From NCBI GenBank assembly GCA_963716815.1, contig CAVQUM010000012.1:145030-209029 (forward strand): a DNA stretch of 64,000 nucleotides. Reading direction: 5' to 3'. The DNA comes from an uncultured Chloroflexia bacterium. Its GTDB lineage: Bacteria; Chloroflexota; Limnocylindria; Limnocylindrales; CSP1-4. Every line of letters starts with the position of its first letter. Positions within the stretch are counted from its first letter, which is position 1. Position numbers and translations under genes: made by a program. This document shows positions 59,983 to 64,000 of this stretch, piece after piece. The notes below the pieces were generated by a model, which did no database searches, was not told the DNA's origin, and saw only the letters and a list, made by a program, of their open reading frames with translations.

Positions 59983-62900
59983 TCAGCCCTTCGGTGCGCT
60001 CTGTCGGCTCGGGCAGACGCGCCGGTAGTCGCACCAGTCGCAGCCACGCCACCGGGTCATGGTCGCGGTGAAGTCGCCGCGGCGCATGCTCATGGCGGTG
60101 TCGATGAGCTTGGCCTCATGTGCTGCGAGCTGCTCGTCGGACCGGGTGGTGGAGCGGGCGGTGTCCGTCTCGGCAAAGTAGAGCGTCAGCTTGCTCGCGG
60201 CCGGGAGCACCTCGCCGGCATCGTCGGTGACCGCACCCCGGGCCATGGCCAGCGCGTAGGTCGAGAGCTGGTCGTCCTTGGCCACGTCCGCCTGGGTCTT
60301 GGTGCGGCCGGTCTTGTAGTCGATGATCTCGATCGAGCCATCCGCATGGCGGTCGATGCGGTCGATGACGCCGTTGACGCGGATCGGCTCACCGTCGTCG
60401 GGTGCCGCTAGCTCGAGGGTGAACGGGCGCTCCAGCCCGACAGCCTCGGCCGCTGACTTCAGCTCGCGTTCGTAGAAGGCGCGCAGGGCCGCGGTCGAGC
60501 GCTTCTCGTAGGCGCCGGCCTCGGTCTCGTCTCCGAAGGACGAACGGTCGAAGTGCTCTTCGAAGGAGGCCTGCAGCCGGGTGAAGTCGGGCGCCGGCGT
60601 GCCGGCAGCCCTGGCTGCGCGCGCCTCGTTGACGAAATCCTCGAAGGCGCTGTGCACCATCGTGCCGAACTCGAAGTATCCCTTCCGCTCGATCGAGGGG
60701 ATGCGATACAGCTTCTCGAACGCGTAGCGCAGGTGGCACTGCTGATAGACCCAGAACTGGGAGTGGCTGAAGGCATACGGCAGCGGCGCCAGCTTGAGCA
60801 GCTCCTCGCCCGCGGGGCCGTGTGTGGCGAGCACGCGCAGGGTCAGCGGGTCCACGCCGTGCGCGCGTTGTTCAGCAGCGGCATCCGCGGCGTCGAGAGC
60901 CACGGTCACGAGCGCGGCGATGACGGCCTCGCGTGCTTCCTCGTCGGCCCGGTCCAACTGCTCGAGCGTGCCCATGAGCTCGACCGCCTGGCGCCGCAGC
61001 GCATAGCGCCGCTCAGAAGGCTCCGGCACCGGCATCAGCTTCTCGAGCACGGCGGTCGGGTCGGGCGTGGGCGGCTCCGGCGCCAAATCACGTCGCACCG
61101 CGATCACGTCCTTGGGCGCGCTCGCGGATGCTTCGTCCTCGGCATCGCCGGCCAGCTGCGGCGCGACCTCGCTGATGAAGGGGCTGGGGCGTGCGCTCCC
61201 GGTCTTCTTGTCCAGCGTGGTCAGGAACAACCGGTCGCGGGCACGCGTCATGGCCACGAAGAAGAGCCGCCGTTCCTCGTCCTCGGCATGCCCGGGCGGC
61301 GGCTCCTGCTTGAGCAGCTCCAACGGCAGCAACTGGTTCTCGGCGCGCGTGTCCGGGAAGACGCGGCTGACGATGCGGGGCACCAGGACCACTGGCCACT
61401 CGAGGCCCTTGGCCTGGTAGATGGTCATCAGCTGCACGCCGTCAGCGCCGGTCGCGGCGGCGGTCTCGATCTTCGAGGTCACCACCGGCCTCCTCGAAGA
61501 GGTCCACGTAGTCGATGAAGTCGCGCAGGCTGTGGCGACGGTGAGCCGCCTGGTAGTCGGCCGCGAAGCGCATGAAGCGGGCGATGTTGAGCACGCGCTG
61601 GTGGGCCTCGGGCGTGCCGCTCGCGACGAGGTCATGCACGAGGCTCGTGCGCACCACGAACTCCTCTGTCAGCGACGCCGGCCCGTCACGCCAGGCGCGC
61701 GGGACGAGGTCCTCGATGACACCGAACAGGCGCTCCAGCTTGGCCCGCAAGGCTGCGTCGAACGGTTCGGGCGGCCCCACTTCCGCCTCGCTTCCGCCGA
61801 CCTCGGCTGGCTGGGCCTCTGACGGCACCGCGTGCATCTGTTCGAGCAGCTCGCGCGCCGCCTGCAGCATCGCCCGCCTGTCCCACTCGGCCCGGCGTCG
61901 GAGCTCCATGATCTCGCCCGCGTCGAAGCGCCACGGCCCGGCTGTCAGCAAGCGGGTGAAGCTGACCGAGTCGGCCGGGTCGGCCAGGACGCGCAGGGCC
62001 GCCTCGAGGTCGCGGACCTCGGGTTGGACGAAGAGCCCGGTGGCGCCGATGACCGAGTAGGGGATGTTCGCCCGTGCCAGCCGGTCGATGATCTCCAGCC
62101 GATGGGCGTGCCGCCGGTAGAGCACCGCGATGTCACGCCAGCGACGCGGCTCAGGCAGGGCCTCGTAGGCGCCACGGATCCGCTCGACGATGGCCTCGGC
62201 CTCATCCTGGGCGTCGGTCGCGATGACGACCTCGACCTGGGCACCCTCCGCTCGCGTCGGTGTCAGCGGCGTCTCCACCTTGAGCCGGGCGCTGTTGTGC
62301 TCGATGACGCGGTTGGCGGCAGCGATGATGTGCGCCGCGGAGCGCCGGTTCTCGATCAGGGGCACGCTCGCGACCGCCACGGCCGGCCGCGCCGGATCGA
62401 ACGTGGGTGCGGACCCGAAGCGCTCCTGGAAGCGCTCGAAGGCGGCGTACGAGGCGCCACGGAAGCGGTAGATGGACTGGTCGTCGTCACCGACCACGAC
62501 CACGTTGTCGGGCTTGTCCGGGCCCCGGCCGACCAGCTCGAGCAACTGGATCTGGGCCATGTTGGCGTCCTGGAACTCGTCCACGAGGACATGCCGGAAC
62601 TGCCCCTGGTAGCGCAGGGCCAGGTTCGGCCGCTCCAGGAGCAATCCGATGGCGCGCGCCATCTGCTCACCGAAGTCGAGCTGCCCGCGTCGCGTCAGTT
62701 CCTCCTGGTAGAGCCGGTAGACCAGTGACTCCTCCTCCAGCCGCAGCACCTCGAGCGCTTCGGCATCGCGGGTATACGTGGGCTTAAGCGCTCGTGCCAG
62801 CTCGGCCTGCTCGGGCGAGAGGCGCCCCCATGCGGTGGCCTTGCCGGTCCCGTCGGCGCGGCGCCGAGCCTCGCGGTCAGCCGTCTTGGCGGCCTGTTCC

Positions 62901-63553
62901 TCACCGTGACGAAGCAGGTCCCCGCGGACGTCTCTGATGACGTCGAGCTCAGCCTCGCTGCGCACAGTGCGCAAGTCCTCGATCGCGGCAGCCCACGAGC
63001 CCGGCCCATGACCCCGCTCGAACGCGGCCCGCCGGCTGGCGGCGTAGGCCGCGTACTCGGCCGGCGTGACCAGCTCGTCCTTGGCCCGCGAGATGAACTC
63101 GGCGAAGTCGCCGAACGTGTCCATCGCGTTCCAGGTCAGGTCGTAGTAGAGCAAGTCGCGCATCTGCGGTTGCAGATCGCGCAGCAGCAGTCGCTGACCG
63201 ACGCCGTCGAGCAGGTCCCCGTCGCGCGAGACCCTCGCTTCCGCGCGGTGCTCTCGCAGGAGGCGATAGCCGAAGCTGTGGAAGTTGTGCACCCACAGCC
63301 GGCTGGCAGCCTCGATGCCCAGCGCATCCTCGAAGCGCTCGACCAACTCGCCTGCCGCGCGCACGTTGTAGGTCAGCACGAGCATGTTCTCTGGGGCCAG
63401 GTCGGGGTCGCTCGCAAGCAGGTGCTTCACGCGCTCGACGACGACGGTCGTCTTGCCCGTGCCGGCGCCGGCCAGCACCATCAGCGGGCCGTCGCCCCAT
63501 TCCACGGCCTGTCGCTGCGCGGGTGAGAGGTCGAAGCCGGTGGTCGCGCTCAT
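59983..63553 (-). CDS. UvrD/AddA/AdnAB-like helicase fused to PD-(D/E)XK nuclease with Fe-S cysteines (frameshift ~61490)
   Basis: AGAGTGKT, VDEFQD, VGDDDQSIY.FRGA, MTIYQAKGLEW and EERRLFFVAMTRA; nuclease G.IDRID...IIDYKTG; C..C.Y..VCP. Confidence 0.9.
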
Positions 63554-63720
63554 GCGCTCGATGATGCGCCCTGCACCGGCAGCCTGCCGACCGATCGGCC
63601 CGGCCCGCAGGCGAGGACCTGAGCGACCGGAACGATCCCGCCTCGGGTGCTACGGTGGGGATGAAAACGATGACATCGCCGGTTCCCCCGCCGGCAGCAC
63701 GATGAATACGGAGTCTGCTG

Positions 63721-64000
63721 ATGCGGTGGACCGTGCATGGCCTGATGGCTGCCATGACCGGAACCCTGTTCACTGGCGCCCTGGCCACCAGTGCGCTCGC
63801 GCAGGTGAGCGATCCCGAGTCCGGTGTCCTCACCGCCGTGCGGGATGAGCTCGCCGGCGATGTCGCCGCGGTGGATGCGCGGATCCACATGTGTCGGGCC
63901 GCCATCGACGAACCGCTGGTCGAGGTCTACGACGAGACGAATGGCTACCCCGATATCGTCACCATCGACCTCGCGCGGATGCCCGACTACGCGCGGGTCA
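63721..64000 (+). CDS. Secreted hypothetical protein, 3' partial
   Basis: MRWTVHGLMAAMTGTLFTGALATSALAQ signal-like start; the frame is open to the window end. Confidence 0.5.
   Translation, partial: MRWTVHGLMAAMTGTLFTGALATSALAQVSDPESGVLTAVRDELAGDVAAVDARIHMCRAAIDEPLVEVYDETNGYPDIVTIDLARMPDYARV

Noticed and set aside
762-61635. Programmed frameshifting or mass pseudogenisation for the >20 split genes
   Set aside because: Single-base shifts hit unrelated genes, including conserved housekeeping-type ones, without slippery heptamers or other decay. Long-read indel error is the simpler explanation; polishing would decide.
148-63888. Many long antisense or alternate-frame ORFs in the six-frame track (e.g. 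2713-4101, 27760-29361, 18725-20173)
   Set aside because: They overlap well-supported genes, are R/P/A/G-rich and lack motifs, as expected for shadow ORFs in high-GC DNA.
1-64000. tRNA, rRNA, prophage or integrase
   Set aside because: No cloverleaf or rRNA-like segment, structural phage gene or tyrosine/serine recombinase motif was recognised by eye. tRNAscan-SE and Rfam scans would confirm.

Overview
High-GC bacterial window. It is probably Chloroflexota/Actinomycetota-like, inferred only from the F420-dependent G6PDH and the frequent leaderless starts. More than 20 single-base frameshifts split otherwise intact genes, most likely long-read assembly errors, so many gene boundaries were reconstructed across frames. 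Layout: 1-11.3 kb is a rare-sugar uptake/catabolism cluster (TIM-barrel isomerase, two PfkB kinases, FGGY kinase, BtpA/SgcQ, SIS isomerase, ABC transporter, RbsD/FucU, plus an embedded M29 aminopeptidase). 11.3-27 kb is mixed housekeeping/accessory genes (fgd, TerC, class V aminotransferase, RTX-repeat protein, four GyrI-like domains, ldhA, SIMPL, LysR). 27-64 kb is rich in DNA-processing and conflict genes: six intact or decayed toxin-antitoxin loci, three SF1 helicases, an Mre11/Rad50-like pair, a MerR-vWA pair, PD-(D/E)XK proteins, a CBS-HEPN fusion, an ARPP-1-like gene and a PAS-adenylate cyclase. The most notable unexplained structure is an ~84-bp self-complementary module with the conserved core GCCCAGTCnRRTTGAGGCATA. 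It occurs four times, as two inverted doublets (14363-14807 and 23307-24114). One doublet encloses only tandem repeats and the other encloses an XRE-HTH gene plus tandem repeats, suggesting a REPIN/MITE-like element or structured ncRNA family. A near-identical palindromic operator at 55119 and 58752 links the CBS-HEPN/nuclease locus to the ARPP-1-like gene. No CRISPR array, rRNA or tRNA was seen.
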